Origin: Nitrospira sp.
GTDB lineage: Bacteria; Nitrospirota; Nitrospiria; Nitrospirales; Nitrospiraceae
Assembly (NCBI GenBank): GCA_047150005.1
Contig: AP038806.1
Span: 1,504,001 to 1,568,000, forward strand
DNA: 64,000 bases
Direction: 5' to 3'
The position numbers and the translations under genes were made by a program. This document shows, in pieces, positions 1 through 9,466 of this stretch (position 1 is its first letter; every line of letters begins with the position of its first letter). The notes beneath the pieces were generated by a model. That model saw nothing but the letters and a program-made list of their open reading frames with translations. It had not been told where the DNA came from and searched no databases.

Positions 1-309
1 GCCGATCAGATGGACATCGACCAGGAGATTTTGATCATTGACGATGATTTCGACGCGATCCCCTCTCTTCAGATCCGGCAGTCCTTTGGCCTCTCGCACT
101 CCCATGGGTACAAATCGCGGTTGTCCCTCACCCGTGTCGATCCTCGCCTGAGCGCCCCTGACTTCCTGTACGGTGCCAAGAAGCACCCGATCTCCGAGGA
201 GAAGCTGGGGGTGGGCTTGCTCGGGACCGGAACCGGCCTCGGCGACGGCTGCAGCCGAGATCCAGCAGACTATGAGCACGGCCTGTCGCCATAAATTCTT
301 TCGAGACAT
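1..309 (-). CDS. Exported protein with OB-fold-like repeat (runs off the window edge)
   Basis: Hand translation MSRKNLWRQAVLIVCWISAAAVAEAG...LKRGDRVEIIVNDQNLLVDVH; AAGGAG RBS; signal peptide; resembles repeat units of 19423..20388. Not in ORF track. Confidence 0.75.
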   Translation of the reverse strand, partial: MSRKNLWRQAVLIVCWISAAAVAEAGSGPEQAHPQLLLGDRVLLGTVQEVRGAQARIDTGEGQPRFVPMGVREAKGLPDLKRGDRVEIIVNDQNLLVDVHLIG

Positions 310-374
310 CGTGTTCTCCTTTCGAGTCGTGGATGCCGGTTGTCCATCAGAGATTCTTTCTCGGCCGGACGACC

Positions 375-995
375 TTATCCCCGCACGGCGTCCCGGTTCG
401 TTACCGGAAGGTCATCATACTTCCGGCTCAGCGCATGGGGCATGCAGCGACTGCCAATGCGTTTGACCTGTCGAATGAACAGGGCCTCCGAGTGTCCGTC
501 CTGACTCTGGGCAATGACAGAGTCGCCCGGTTTCCACTCGACGTCGGGATTCACAAAAAGCATTTCCCCTTCGCTGAATAGGGGCTCCATTGAGTCGTCT
601 GAGACTTTCACGGCGACGGTGCGCGTCCCCGCCACGTCCGTCGCCTCGATCAAAGCCTCAGCGTGGATGACTCCAGGAAGGGTTTTGCTTGTGACGATCT
701 GGTTCAGGTGCTGCCAGTGGAGCAGGGGAAACTTCCGGATTTGAGCCGCCGCGGAATGATGGGTGCGCCCCGGGAGTTCCACCGTTGTTCTTGCGTGTGT
801 CGACTCTCCGGTGCGGAGGAAATCTACATCCATCCGAAAGTACCGCGCAAACTTTTCCCAGATGGCGGGGTCGCGAGGGAGCTTGTGAGCCAGAGTGTTC
901 GCGATTGTCCGCACAGAAACCTCCACTGCAGAGGCCGGCTCCGCTTCGGTCAACCCTTCCCCGAGCTCCCGATGAACGAGGCCTTTCAAATTCAC
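375..995 (-). CDS. CI/LexA-like repressor (HTH plus S24 domain)
   Basis: N-terminal HTH-like region; S24 motif VKVSDDSMEPLF; GTG start at 995 with AGAAGGA RBS preferred over 1106. Confidence 0.75.
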   Translation of the reverse strand: MNLKGLVHRELGEGLTEAEPASAVEVSVRTIANTLAHKLPRDPAIWEKFARYFRMDVDFLRTGESTHARTTVELPGRTHHSAAAQIRKFPLLHWQHLNQIVTSKTLPGVIHAEALIEATDVAGTRTVAVKVSDDSMEPLFSEGEMLFVNPDVEWKPGDSVIAQSQDGHSEALFIRQVKRIGSRCMPHALSRKYDDLPVTNRDAVRG

Positions 996-1426
996 GATAG
1001 AGTTCCTTCTTTCACCGCTGAGGACGACTTGAGTTGGCCGCTTTGTACTCCAGCCGAAACTCTGACGCGCAAGAATCAGACCGTAATCGAATCGTTGGGA
1101 TTTCATCGTTCATCTGACTCAACGAACACATTCAATCATTCGAAAACGCTCGCTCCCTGAAATATTGCAGTCAGCCTCTGCGGAGCGATCGATTCGATCG
1201 TCATCGTGTCAGCCCGCGCGATTTCGCTCAGTGCGCACGTAGTGGGAATGCGATGCGACCCGTCACTCCAACACTCGTCATGACGTTCCTCCTTCCGCGC
1301 GAGTCCCTGCCCGTCCGGACCGACAAAGAGATGGCATTCAGATGCTACAGCTCGATGCCGGAGGGTACCCCTGGTGATGCCTGGGTGGTACGGGCGTAGT
1401 GTATTGCCCGAGTATGAACGGATGAT

Positions 1427-1460
1427 GAAGCGGGTATGAAGAAGCGGGTATGAAGAAGCG
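1427..1460. repeat. 14-bp tandem duplication GAAGCGGGTATGAA, about 2.4 copies
   Basis: Copies at 1427-1440 and 1441-1454, partial at 1455-1460. Confidence 0.85.
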
Positions 1461-1473
1461 CCAATCTTCAGCG

Positions 1474-1502
1474 TTGACAAAGACGTCTAGACGTCTTATT
1501 GT
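1474..1502 (+). promoter_or_regulatory. Sigma70 promoter of methyltransferase with an 18-bp palindrome in the spacer
   Basis: TTGACA(1474-1479)-17 bp-TATTGT(1497-1502); perfect palindrome AAGACGTCTAGACGTCTT at 1480-1497. Confidence 0.75.
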
Positions 1503-1521
1503 CCGCTGCGGGTACAAACCG

Positions 1522-2682
1522 ATGCTTCAGCAGAAAAAGAGACGCCCGGGAGAAGTCCGGGATGCAATTCTTTCAGTACTGCATGCCAGGCCAAGTGGTG
1601 CTCCTCTACAAGTGATTGAGCAACATGTAACCGATCTCATTGGAGATGGAGCAAGATCCAGCGTTCGATCTTACCTGAGGCTCAACACTCCTTCGATCTT
1701 TGTTCGGACAGGCAGAGGACAGTACGGTTTAAAGGTGGCCGCTAAAGCAAGAGCGGCTAGGGCCTCCGAAGCTCGGCCAGATTGTGTTCGGTATTGTTCT
1801 TTTGGGAAGGCAGAAATCTTCGAATCAGATTGTCTCGATTGGTTGCGTAGGCAGCGGCCGAATACTATCCACGCTGTCGTGACGGACCCTCCGTACGGAC
1901 TGTTCGAGTACACCTCGGAGCAGCAGGAGAAGTTACGAAGAGGCAAGGGAGGAGTATGGCGTATCCCTCCTTCATTTGACGGAGTTCGACGGGCGCCGCT
2001 TCCCAGGTTTACAGTGCTGTCGCTCCAAGATTTGCGGGCTTTAGAGCTATTCTTTCTTGAATGGGCAAAGGCGCTCCTTCCTGTTTTGGTTCCAGCGGCG
2101 AACGTCGTTGTAGCGACAAATCCCTTGCTTTCCTATCTGGTCTCGGGGGCCCTGGTAAAGGCGGGCCTAGAGAGACGCGGTGAGATCGTTCGACTGGTCA
2201 TGACCATGCGAGGTGGAGACAGACCGAAAGACGCTCACGCGGAGTTTCCGGACGTCAGCGTGATGCCGCGATCCATGTGGGAGCCGTGGCTACTCTTCCG
2301 CAAACCATTAGAGGGGCGAGTACAGGACAACTTGCGAAAGTGGGGAACTGGTGGATTTCGAAGGCCCTCATCGGACAAGCCATTTGGTGACGTGATTCCT
2401 TCCGCGCCAACTCATAAGTCCGAACGAGCGCTCGCACCACATCCCAGCTTGAAGCCACAGCAGTTCCTTCGCACGTTGGTTCGAGGTGTCCTCCCTCTCG
2501 GGCAGGGAGTCATACTCGACCCATTCTGTGGCGCGGCGTCAACGCTCGCTGCCGCTGAATCTGTGGGATATACGAGTATCGGGATTGAGAAGGATCCGCA
2601 TTATTTTGAGATGGCGAAGAAAGCCCTACCGGGATTGGTCGCATTCAAGAAGAAGGGGGCTAGTCAGCTATCGAGCTTATAG
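1522..2682 (+). CDS. Beta-class N4-C/N6-A DNA methyltransferase with N-terminal HTH-like domain
   Basis: DPPY motif IV precedes HPSLKP and LDPFCGAAST motif I; ~90-aa N-terminal extension; ATG 1522 lies just downstream of the promoter. Confidence 0.9.
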   Translation: MLQQKKRRPGEVRDAILSVLHARPSGAPLQVIEQHVTDLIGDGARSSVRSYLRLNTPSIFVRTGRGQYGLKVAAKARAARASEARPDCVRYCSFGKAEIFESDCLDWLRRQRPNTIHAVVTDPPYGLFEYTSEQQEKLRRGKGGVWRIPPSFDGVRRAPLPRFTVLSLQDLRALELFFLEWAKALLPVLVPAANVVVATNPLLSYLVSGALVKAGLERRGEIVRLVMTMRGGDRPKDAHAEFPDVSVMPRSMWEPWLLFRKPLEGRVQDNLRKWGTGGFRRPSSDKPFGDVIPSAPTHKSERALAPHPSLKPQQFLRTLVRGVLPLGQGVILDPFCGAASTLAAAESVGYTSIGIEKDPHYFEMAKKALPGLVAFKKKGASQLSSL

Positions 2683-2984
2683 ACCCAATTCGTTCTCAAC
2701 TTCTCGATTCCTTCCTTATGCAGGGTTGCGGTACGAGTGCCTAGCTCGCCTCGCTGATTCTTTCGAAAGTCGGTTGATCCCGTGCGCCGTGTGTGTCTGA
2801 TGGCGGGTCTGAGCATGTCATCAAGTCGTTGCAGTCCACGTTCAGTAAGTCCCAGATTCACATCATAGAAAAAGTCGTAGACATCCTGCATAGCCATCTC
2901 AAAATCCTTAAGGCGAAGTTGGAAAGGCAGCGTCACTTCTGGATTGAAATGATGGGGTGAGACAGTATTGCGTGTGATAGGCAT
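2664..2984 (-). pseudogene. Probable restriction endonuclease with internal deletion
   Basis: Convergent with and overlapping the MTase; only 106 aa; no PD-(D/E)xK core visible; abrupt junction near LRPAI|RHTRR. Confidence 0.55.
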
Positions 2985-3013
2985 TCAAGGGCCGATGGGA
3001 GTTGAGCGCGGAG

Positions 3014-3042
3014 AGTCTAGATTTCCAGAGGTTCCATGTCAA
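3014..3042 (-). promoter_or_regulatory. Sigma70 promoter of the putative endonuclease gene
   Basis: Minus strand TTGACA(3042-3037)-17 bp-TAGACT(3019-3014), 30 bp upstream of ATG 2984. Confidence 0.7.
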
Positions 3043-3099
3043 ATAGCTATTGCCAATCAATAACTTAATGTTTGGCTTGTCTTCGGCTGCAGAGAACCC

Positions 3100-3130
3100 T
3101 TGACTTAGTTCTAACTAGAACTATTATACT
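3100..3130 (+). promoter_or_regulatory. Promoter with inverted-repeat operator for the DoxX-pirin operon
   Basis: TTGACT(3100-3105); TAGTTCT-N4-AGAACTA(3106-3123); TATTAT/TATACT -10 candidates at 3122-3130. Confidence 0.7.
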
Positions 3131-3217
3131 GGGGTCAGGGCAGGAGGAGAGGAATCGGTGATCCGGGAGAGCGTCTGCTCGCTCGATTGCCACAACATCG
3201 ACTCAGGGAGGTGTACG

Positions 3218-3661
3218 ATGCAGGCGCTCTTTCGGACAGACGACAATTGGACCGGATTGATTCTCCGGCTGACATTGGGGTTGGTCATGTTCCCCCATGG
3301 CGCGCAGAAGCTGCTCGGCTGGTACGGTGGGTACGGATTCTCCGGGACGATGGGGTTTTTTACGGAGACGATGCACTTGCCCTGGATCATCGGTTTCCTC
3401 GTCATCATCGGAGAATTCTTCGGCAGCCTCGGATTGCTGGCAGGTCTCCTCACCCGCTTTACAGCCGCGAGCCTGAGCGTCATCATGCTGGGAGCGATCG
3501 TGACGAGCCATTTGCCTCACGGATTCTTCATGAACTGGTTCGGGCAGCAACAGGGTGAAGGCTTCGAGTATCATCTATTGGCAATCGGTATCGGTCTTGC
3601 GCTGTTGGTGACCGGAGGAGGCCGCTGGTCTCTAGATCGGGCCATTGCCGACCGGGTGTGA
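3218..3661 (+). CDS. DoxX family membrane protein
   Basis: LRLTLGLVMFPHGAQKL, GFEYHLL and GGGRWSLD motifs; GGAGG RBS. Confidence 0.9.
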   Translation: MQALFRTDDNWTGLILRLTLGLVMFPHGAQKLLGWYGGYGFSGTMGFFTETMHLPWIIGFLVIIGEFFGSLGLLAGLLTRFTAASLSVIMLGAIVTSHLPHGFFMNWFGQQQGEGFEYHLLAIGIGLALLVTGGGRWSLDRAIADRV

Positions 3662-3698
3662 GATGAAGGCGCAGGCCGTCGCGCATGAAGGGAGGAGC

Positions 3699-4448
3699 AT
3701 GATGGAAACACACATAACCGTGACTCCGTCCGTCGACATTCGACGGGCCGCTGACCGGTTCCATACCCGGATCAGTTGGCTCGATTCGTGGCATAGCTTC
3801 AGCTTCTCCAATCACTACGACCCGGCCAACATCCATCATGGATTGCTGTTGGTGAGCAACGACGACAGGGTCTTGGCCGGGACCGGCTTTCGCACGCATC
3901 CCCACCAGAATATGGAGATTGTCACATGGGTGCTGGACGGCGAGCTCGAGCACAAGGATTCGGAAGGTCACAAGGGCATCATCTATCCAGGTTTGGCTCA
4001 GCGGATGAGCGCCGGTTCGGGTATCTGGCATTCGGAGATGAACCCACAGAACGAAAAGGATGTGCATTTCATTCAGATGTGGGTGGTCCCCGACACGGAA
4101 GGCATTGCTCCAGGCTATGAGCAGCTGGATATCAACGCGCAGCTGGCCAAGGGAGGTCTCGTTCCCATCGCCTCTGGGCGCGGTCATGATGCCGCGATCA
4201 GGATACACCAGAACCAGGCCGTGCTTTGGGGCGGACGCCTGAAGTCGGGCGAGATCGTGACGGTGCCGGACAGCCGCTACGTTCATGTCTATGTGGCCAA
4301 AGGGGCTGCGCAACTGGAAGATGCGGGACTGTTGCGCACAGGGGACGCAGTCAGGCTGACGGCGGCCGGAGCCCGCAAGCTGACGGCCGACGACACGATT
4401 GGAGCCGAAGTGCTCATTTGGGAGACTGAAGGAACGGCAAATCTCTGA
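3699..4448 (+). CDS. Pirin family protein (YhhW-like)
   Basis: HSFSF, GFRTHPHQNMEI and GIWHSE cupin metal ligands. Confidence 0.9.
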   Translation: MMETHITVTPSVDIRRAADRFHTRISWLDSWHSFSFSNHYDPANIHHGLLLVSNDDRVLAGTGFRTHPHQNMEIVTWVLDGELEHKDSEGHKGIIYPGLAQRMSAGSGIWHSEMNPQNEKDVHFIQMWVVPDTEGIAPGYEQLDINAQLAKGGLVPIASGRGHDAAIRIHQNQAVLWGGRLKSGEIVTVPDSRYVHVYVAKGAAQLEDAGLLRTGDAVRLTAAGARKLTADDTIGAEVLIWETEGTANL

Positions 4449-4475
4449 GGCCGCTCAGGCCAGATCGAGGAGGCG

Positions 4476-4940
4476 ATGATGAAGGCGGATATTGCGAAGG
4501 TAAAGCAGTTGGCCAAGGATCTCCGGAAAGGCTACCCGAGGAGCCCCCGGGAAAAGCTGGGAGGGTATGTGATCGCGGCTCGCTGCGCGGATAAGTGCCG
4601 GGCATTTCTGTTGGACATGAACGGCGAATACAACTACTGGCCCTGCTCGCTGGCTTCCCAATGGTTTTCGTTTACCAGGATCACGCCCGAGCAGTTCAAG
4701 GAGGTCGTCGCGACGGGAGCGACGGACGATGAACTCGCGAGGTGGATCGAGGGTGCGTCCACGGTCAAGGACCCTGATGCGGTGCTGAAGTGGAACAATA
4801 CGATGCGGGACATGAAACTCAGCGAGATGAGTCTCCAGGCTCAGCAGTATTTGGAGGACTACATCCCGCAGTTCGTGCCGCCGCATCGTCCGGTCTACGT
4901 ATGGTTCGACGTGTATGATCTGGAGGAACGGCGGTTCTAA
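4476..4940 (+). CDS. DUF5069-like protein
   Basis: PRSPREKLGGY...DKCRA...GEY and terminal DLEE; RBS GAGGAGG. Confidence 0.7.
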   Translation: MMKADIAKVKQLAKDLRKGYPRSPREKLGGYVIAARCADKCRAFLLDMNGEYNYWPCSLASQWFSFTRITPEQFKEVVATGATDDELARWIEGASTVKDPDAVLKWNNTMRDMKLSEMSLQAQQYLEDYIPQFVPPHRPVYVWFDVYDLEERRF

Positions 4941-4986
4941 TAGCAGCGTGCGCATTTCCCGAGTAGAACAGAGAAAGGAGTCCACG

Positions 4987-5883
4987 ATGAACAAGCCAGT
5001 TACGATCGCGGCGGCTCCGGCAAAGGAACTCGTCGGGGTCTATCACGCAGGGTCCCAGCATATGGTCGGCGACGGGTTTCCGGTACGCAACATGATTCCG
5101 GGCGCCGGAGTGGACGAGCAATTGTCGCCGTTCCTGCTTCTGGACTACATGGGGCCGGAGTATTTCCCGCCGACCGACCAGCGGCTCGGCGTGGGTGAAC
5201 ATCCTCACCGGGGATTTGAGACCGTGACGATCATGTATCAGGGCAAGGTCGCCCATCGCGACTCGACCGGAAGCGGGGGTGTGATCGGCCCTGGCGATGT
5301 GCAGTGGATGACCGCCGCGTCCGGCATCGTGCACGAAGAGCTGCACGAGGAGGAATTCGCCAAGCGCGGAGGCACGCTGGAGGGCATCCAGCTGTGGGTC
5401 AATCTGCCGAAATCGTCCAAGATGTCGAAACCCGGATATCAAACTCTGGTGAACGAGGAGATTCCGACGGTCGATCTCGGGCAGGGTGCCGGGCGCTTGC
5501 GCGTCATCGCGGGCGAGTTCCGCGGACAAAAAGGTCCGGCCCAGACCTTCAGTCCGGTACATCTCTACGATCTGCGACTGAACGGGGGACACTCGATTGA
5601 CCTGTCGCTGCCCGAAGGGTTCAACACGTCGGTGTTCCTGCTGCATGGACGGGTCGTGATCAACGGTACGCAATCGGCGGGTGAAGCCGAACTGGCTCTC
5701 TTCGGTCGTTCAGGCGAGAGAATCACGCTGGAAGCCAAAGAGGACTCGGTCATGCTCGTCCTCGGCGGAGAGCCGATCGACGAACCGATCGCGCGCTACG
5801 GTCCGTTCGTCATGAATACCCAGGCGGAGCTCGTGCAGGCCGTGAACGACTATCGCGCCGGGAGAATGGGACATTTGTCGTGA
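4987..5883 (+). CDS. Pirin family protein
   Basis: PFLLLD, HPHRGFETVT, WMTAASGIVHEE, YGPFVMN. Confidence 0.92.
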   Translation: MNKPVTIAAAPAKELVGVYHAGSQHMVGDGFPVRNMIPGAGVDEQLSPFLLLDYMGPEYFPPTDQRLGVGEHPHRGFETVTIMYQGKVAHRDSTGSGGVIGPGDVQWMTAASGIVHEELHEEEFAKRGGTLEGIQLWVNLPKSSKMSKPGYQTLVNEEIPTVDLGQGAGRLRVIAGEFRGQKGPAQTFSPVHLYDLRLNGGHSIDLSLPEGFNTSVFLLHGRVVINGTQSAGEAELALFGRSGERITLEAKEDSVMLVLGGEPIDEPIARYGPFVMNTQAELVQAVNDYRAGRMGHLS

Positions 5884-6560
5884 ACGATCACGCTCTGACC
5901 ATCGAAGTCTACTCCGACGTCGTCTGTCCCTGGTGCTACGTGGGGAAGCGTCGGCTGGAACGGGCGCTGGTTCAATTGCAGGGTTCCGTGAAGGGCCGGA
6001 TCGCATGGCGCCCGTTCCAGTTGAATCCGACGATGCCGAAGGAAGGGATGGAGCGAACGGCCTACCTGGAAGCCAAGTTCGGCAGCATGGATGCCTTCAG
6101 GCGATTGGAGGAACATGTGTCGGAAGCGGGACGCGCGGATCGCATTGCCTTCGCCTTCGAGAAGATCGGCAGGACGCCGAACACGTTTTTAGCCCATCGA
6201 TTGATCTGGCATGCTGCGAAACAAGATTGCCAGGACGCGGTGGTTGATTCGCTGTTCAAGGGTTATTTCGAGGAAGGAGCGGATATCGGATCAAGTGCGA
6301 CGCTCGTGCGATTGGCGCAGCGTGCCGGACTTGACGGAATCGAGGTGGAACGCTTCCTCCGGACGGACGAGGGAACGGCGGAGGTCAAGGTGGAAGAGGC
6401 GGCCGGCCATCGACTCGGGATTCGCAGCGTCCCCTCCTTCGTGTTGAACCAAACATACGGGATATCGGGCGCGCAGCCGGTCGAACAGTTTGTCGCGGCG
6501 ATCGAAAAGGTTCTGGCGCAACCGGCGACAATCAGTGCGGGTACGGCAGGCAAGAGGTGA
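5880..6560 (+). CDS. DsbA/FrnE family thiol-disulfide oxidoreductase
   Basis: SDVVCPWCYVG, WRPFQLNP, SGAQP. Confidence 0.9.
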   Translation: MNDHALTIEVYSDVVCPWCYVGKRRLERALVQLQGSVKGRIAWRPFQLNPTMPKEGMERTAYLEAKFGSMDAFRRLEEHVSEAGRADRIAFAFEKIGRTPNTFLAHRLIWHAAKQDCQDAVVDSLFKGYFEEGADIGSSATLVRLAQRAGLDGIEVERFLRTDEGTAEVKVEEAAGHRLGIRSVPSFVLNQTYGISGAQPVEQFVAAIEKVLAQPATISAGTAGKR

Positions 6561-6563
6561 ACC

Positions 6564-6977
6564 ATGGCGGTGCAGGTCTACGGGTGCAATCATGTGGTCA
6601 TCGAAGTCACGGATGCCAAGAAGGCCGTGAAGTTCTATTCCGACGTGTTCGGATTAAAGATGTTGCGCGGTGGAGAAGGTGCAGCCTGGTGCAAGCTCGG
6701 CGAGCACCAGTTCATGGCGATCTTCGAAGTTGAAACGCTGCAGCCGGATCGCGTGAAGCATTTCGGCTTAATGGTCCGTGACGCAGAGCAGATCCGAGAG
6801 GTTCGCCGCAAACTGACGAAGAAGTACAAGCTGAAACTCCACCCGAACTTTCGCTGCGACTTCAGGGACCCATGGGGCAATCGCATTCAAGTTGGCGACC
6901 TGAGCGACGAGTCTCTCGTGTGGCTCCTCTCCTATCAGGAGGTGCAGAAGGCCGGCGTGAGATTCGGCAAGTCGTGA
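6564..6977 (+). CDS. VOC/glyoxalase family protein
   Basis: NHVVIEV, FYSDVFG, DPWGNRIQ. Confidence 0.85.
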   Translation: MAVQVYGCNHVVIEVTDAKKAVKFYSDVFGLKMLRGGEGAAWCKLGEHQFMAIFEVETLQPDRVKHFGLMVRDAEQIREVRRKLTKKYKLKLHPNFRCDFRDPWGNRIQVGDLSDESLVWLLSYQEVQKAGVRFGKS

Positions 6978-6999
6978 CAAGAGGAGGTTCGATACCCGC

Positions 7000-7713
7000 A
7001 TGTCGACAGCATTGAACGGGAAAGTCGTGGTGATCGCCGGGGGATCGGGCGCCCTGGGCCAGACCATCACCCCGGCTTTCGCGCGATCGGGCGCGCGGGT
7101 CATTTCGGCGGACCGTAATCCGCCGCCGGGGCAGGTGACCGAAGGAAAGGCGATGAAGGCCGACGTCACCGACGAAACAGACGTCCGGAGCCTGGTGGAC
7201 GACGTGGTCAGAACCGCCGGCCGCCTCGATGTGTTGGTCAATCTGGTCGGCGGCTTTGCGGCGGGACGCATCGCGGATACCGAAGTATCTCTCTGGCACC
7301 GCATGTTGAGTGTGAATCTCACGCCGGCGTTCCTGCTCTCAAAAGCCGTGCTCCCACATATGATGGATCGCGGGAGCGGCCGCATTCTGCACGTGGCGGC
7401 CTGGGCGGCCGTTGAGCCGTTCCCCGGAGCCGGAGCCTATATCGTGGCCAAGTCCGGGCTGCTCGCGCTGATCAGAGTATTGGCGCTTGAACTGAAGGGC
7501 TCGGGGATCACCGTCAACGGAGTGCTGCCTACCACCATCGATACCCCGGCCAACCGGGCCAACATGCCCGAGGCTGATCCTTCGGCTTGGGCGAAGCCGG
7601 AATCCATCGCCGAGACGCTGCTCTTTCTGGCTTCTGACGAAGCCGGCCAGATCGGCGGAGCGGTCATTCCGGTCGGTACCGCGCGGGGCGGACCATCTGC
7701 GCACAAGGCGTAG
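7000..7713 (+). CDS. Short-chain dehydrogenase/reductase
   Basis: GGSGALG Rossmann motif and YxxxK (YIVAK). Confidence 0.9.
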   Translation: MSTALNGKVVVIAGGSGALGQTITPAFARSGARVISADRNPPPGQVTEGKAMKADVTDETDVRSLVDDVVRTAGRLDVLVNLVGGFAAGRIADTEVSLWHRMLSVNLTPAFLLSKAVLPHMMDRGSGRILHVAAWAAVEPFPGAGAYIVAKSGLLALIRVLALELKGSGITVNGVLPTTIDTPANRANMPEADPSAWAKPESIAETLLFLASDEAGQIGGAVIPVGTARGGPSAHKA

Positions 7714-7730
7714 GCCAAGGAGACACGTTC

Positions 7731-8153
7731 ATGTCACACGAGCGTCGTACGAACAGTCCAGTCGCCGAGCTGTCTCGATCGCTGCTTCGACTGCATAAGG
7801 CCTTACTGGATGATGAACGGCGGGCCTACGAGCGCGTGCACGGCCGGATCGCCTCCAACGGCGCGTTCCTGCAGCTCGTGCTGGGGGATCCCTGGTTCGC
7901 CTGGCTCAGGCCTCTGTCGCAACTGATGGTCACACTCGACGAACTCGACGAGAGTGCGGAACCGACGGCACCCGCGGAAATCACCGCGCTGCTCGCGTCG
8001 GCGCGGACGTTGCTGACGCCGTCGGAGGAGGGAGAAGGATTCGCCCGACAGTATTACGAGGCGTTGCAGCGGAGCCCTGATGTGGGATTGGCGCACGCCG
8101 AGGTCCGAGCGCGGCTCGCGCAGTCGGCGTCGGGAAAGGAGTCCATCAGATGA
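7731..8153 (+). CDS. Hypothetical protein
   Basis: AAGGAG RBS; stop overlaps next start (ATGA). Confidence 0.7.
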   Translation: MSHERRTNSPVAELSRSLLRLHKALLDDERRAYERVHGRIASNGAFLQLVLGDPWFAWLRPLSQLMVTLDELDESAEPTAPAEITALLASARTLLTPSEEGEGFARQYYEALQRSPDVGLAHAEVRARLAQSASGKESIR

Positions 8154-8596
8154 AAGCCCATTACCTTGGTCACGTCGTGTTCTATGTGAAGGATCTGCAA
8201 CAGTCGTTAAAGTTCTATCGGGATCTTCTGGGATTCAAAGAAGTGGGACAAATCTTCAACGGCGCGGCCGTCGCCCTCACTTCGGGCCGCACGCATCACG
8301 AGCTGTTATTGATTCAAGTCGGCGATGCGCCGGGGCCTCCCCCGGGAAGACGTCGCGGGCTCTATCATATCGGCATCAAGATCGGCGACAGCCTTGACGA
8401 ACTCCGGGCGGCGAAAAAGGAGCTCGAAGGAGCCGGCGTTGCCATCGACGGGATGAGCGATCATACCGTGAGCCAGAGTCTCTATCTCCGCGATCCCGAC
8501 GGCAACGAGGTGGAGCTGTACGTGGATGCCGACGAGTCTCTTTGGAAGAACGACCCGGCGGCGGTCGTCTCGCCTATCAAGCCGCTGCGTTTATAA
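8150..8596 (+). CDS. VOC family protein (extradiol dioxygenase-like)
   Basis: LGHVV, HHEL, GLYH, SLYLRDPDGNEVE. Confidence 0.85.
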   Translation: MKAHYLGHVVFYVKDLQQSLKFYRDLLGFKEVGQIFNGAAVALTSGRTHHELLLIQVGDAPGPPPGRRRGLYHIGIKIGDSLDELRAAKKELEGAGVAIDGMSDHTVSQSLYLRDPDGNEVELYVDADESLWKNDPAAVVSPIKPLRL

Positions 8597-8619
8597 CCTA
8601 ACCACAGGAGGACTGTTTT

Positions 8620-8856
8620 ATGGAAAAACCAGTGATTGCAGCCAAAGAGCCGGCGGTGCTTACCTTGGAACCCGGCACCTACTACTGGTGTCAATGCGGG
8701 CGGTCGAAGAGCCAGCCCTTCTGCGACGGCTCGCATACCGGGACCGGGTTCGCGCCGCTTGAATTCACGATGATCGAGAAGAAGCAAGTCGCCTTGTGCC
8801 AGTGCAAACAAACGAAGACCAAACCGTTCTGCGACGGCACGCACAGGACGCTCTGA
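8620..8856 (+). CDS. CDGSH iron-sulfur protein with two motifs
   Basis: CQCGRSKSQPFCDGSH and CQCKQTKTKPFCDGTH. Confidence 0.92.
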   Translation: MEKPVIAAKEPAVLTLEPGTYYWCQCGRSKSQPFCDGSHTGTGFAPLEFTMIEKKQVALCQCKQTKTKPFCDGTHRTL

Positions 8857-8877
8857 AGTCCAGGAAAGGAGTTTCAG

Positions 8878-9371
8878 ATGAGGATTGCAGTGATCGGGGC
8901 GACAGGTTTCGTCGGCTCGGCTATCGTGAAGGATCTTTGGATCGCGGCCATGAGGTGTCGGCCATTGTCCGGCATCCCGAGAAACTGAAGCCGCATCCCA
9001 AGCTCCGTCCTTGCCAAGGAGATGTCTACGACGAGGATGACTTGGCCCGTCCGGTCTCCGGGCAAGACGCCGTCATCAGCGCCTTCAATCCAGGTTGGAC
9101 GAATCCGGACATCTACAATCAACAGGTCAGGGGCACGAAGGCCATTATCAACGGTGTGAAAAAGGTCGGCGTTGCCCGACCGCCTTTCCTCTCTCCCTCG
9201 GCTGACCTGGTGCCGGGGACGCGCACCGGCACGTTCCGTCTCGGAACGGACCAGCTGTTGCGCGATGCGAACGGCGCAAGCCGCATCTCGGTCGAGGATT
9301 ACGCCGTGGCGATGGTCGACGAGCTGGAACGGCCTGCTCATATCCGCAAACGCTTTACCGTGGGCTATTAG
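8878..9371 (+). pseudogene. NAD(P)-dependent oxidoreductase pseudogene
   Basis: MRIAVIGATGFVG start; frameshift near 8932 into the LDRGHEV frame; apparent internal deletion at VGVAR|PPFLSPSA; intact C-terminus ISVEDYAVA...RFTVGY. Confidence 0.8.
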
Positions 9372-9466
9372 AGCACGGCCGACGTTTTCCCAGTCTCTTG
9401 GATAGTTTCTCCGTTCAACGTCCCATACGCATCACTCCTGTTCAGTAATCTTCTAAGGTCCTGATT

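Noticed and set aside
375..3042. Prophage
   Set aside because: Only a repressor-like gene and an RM locus; no integrase, structural genes or att sites.
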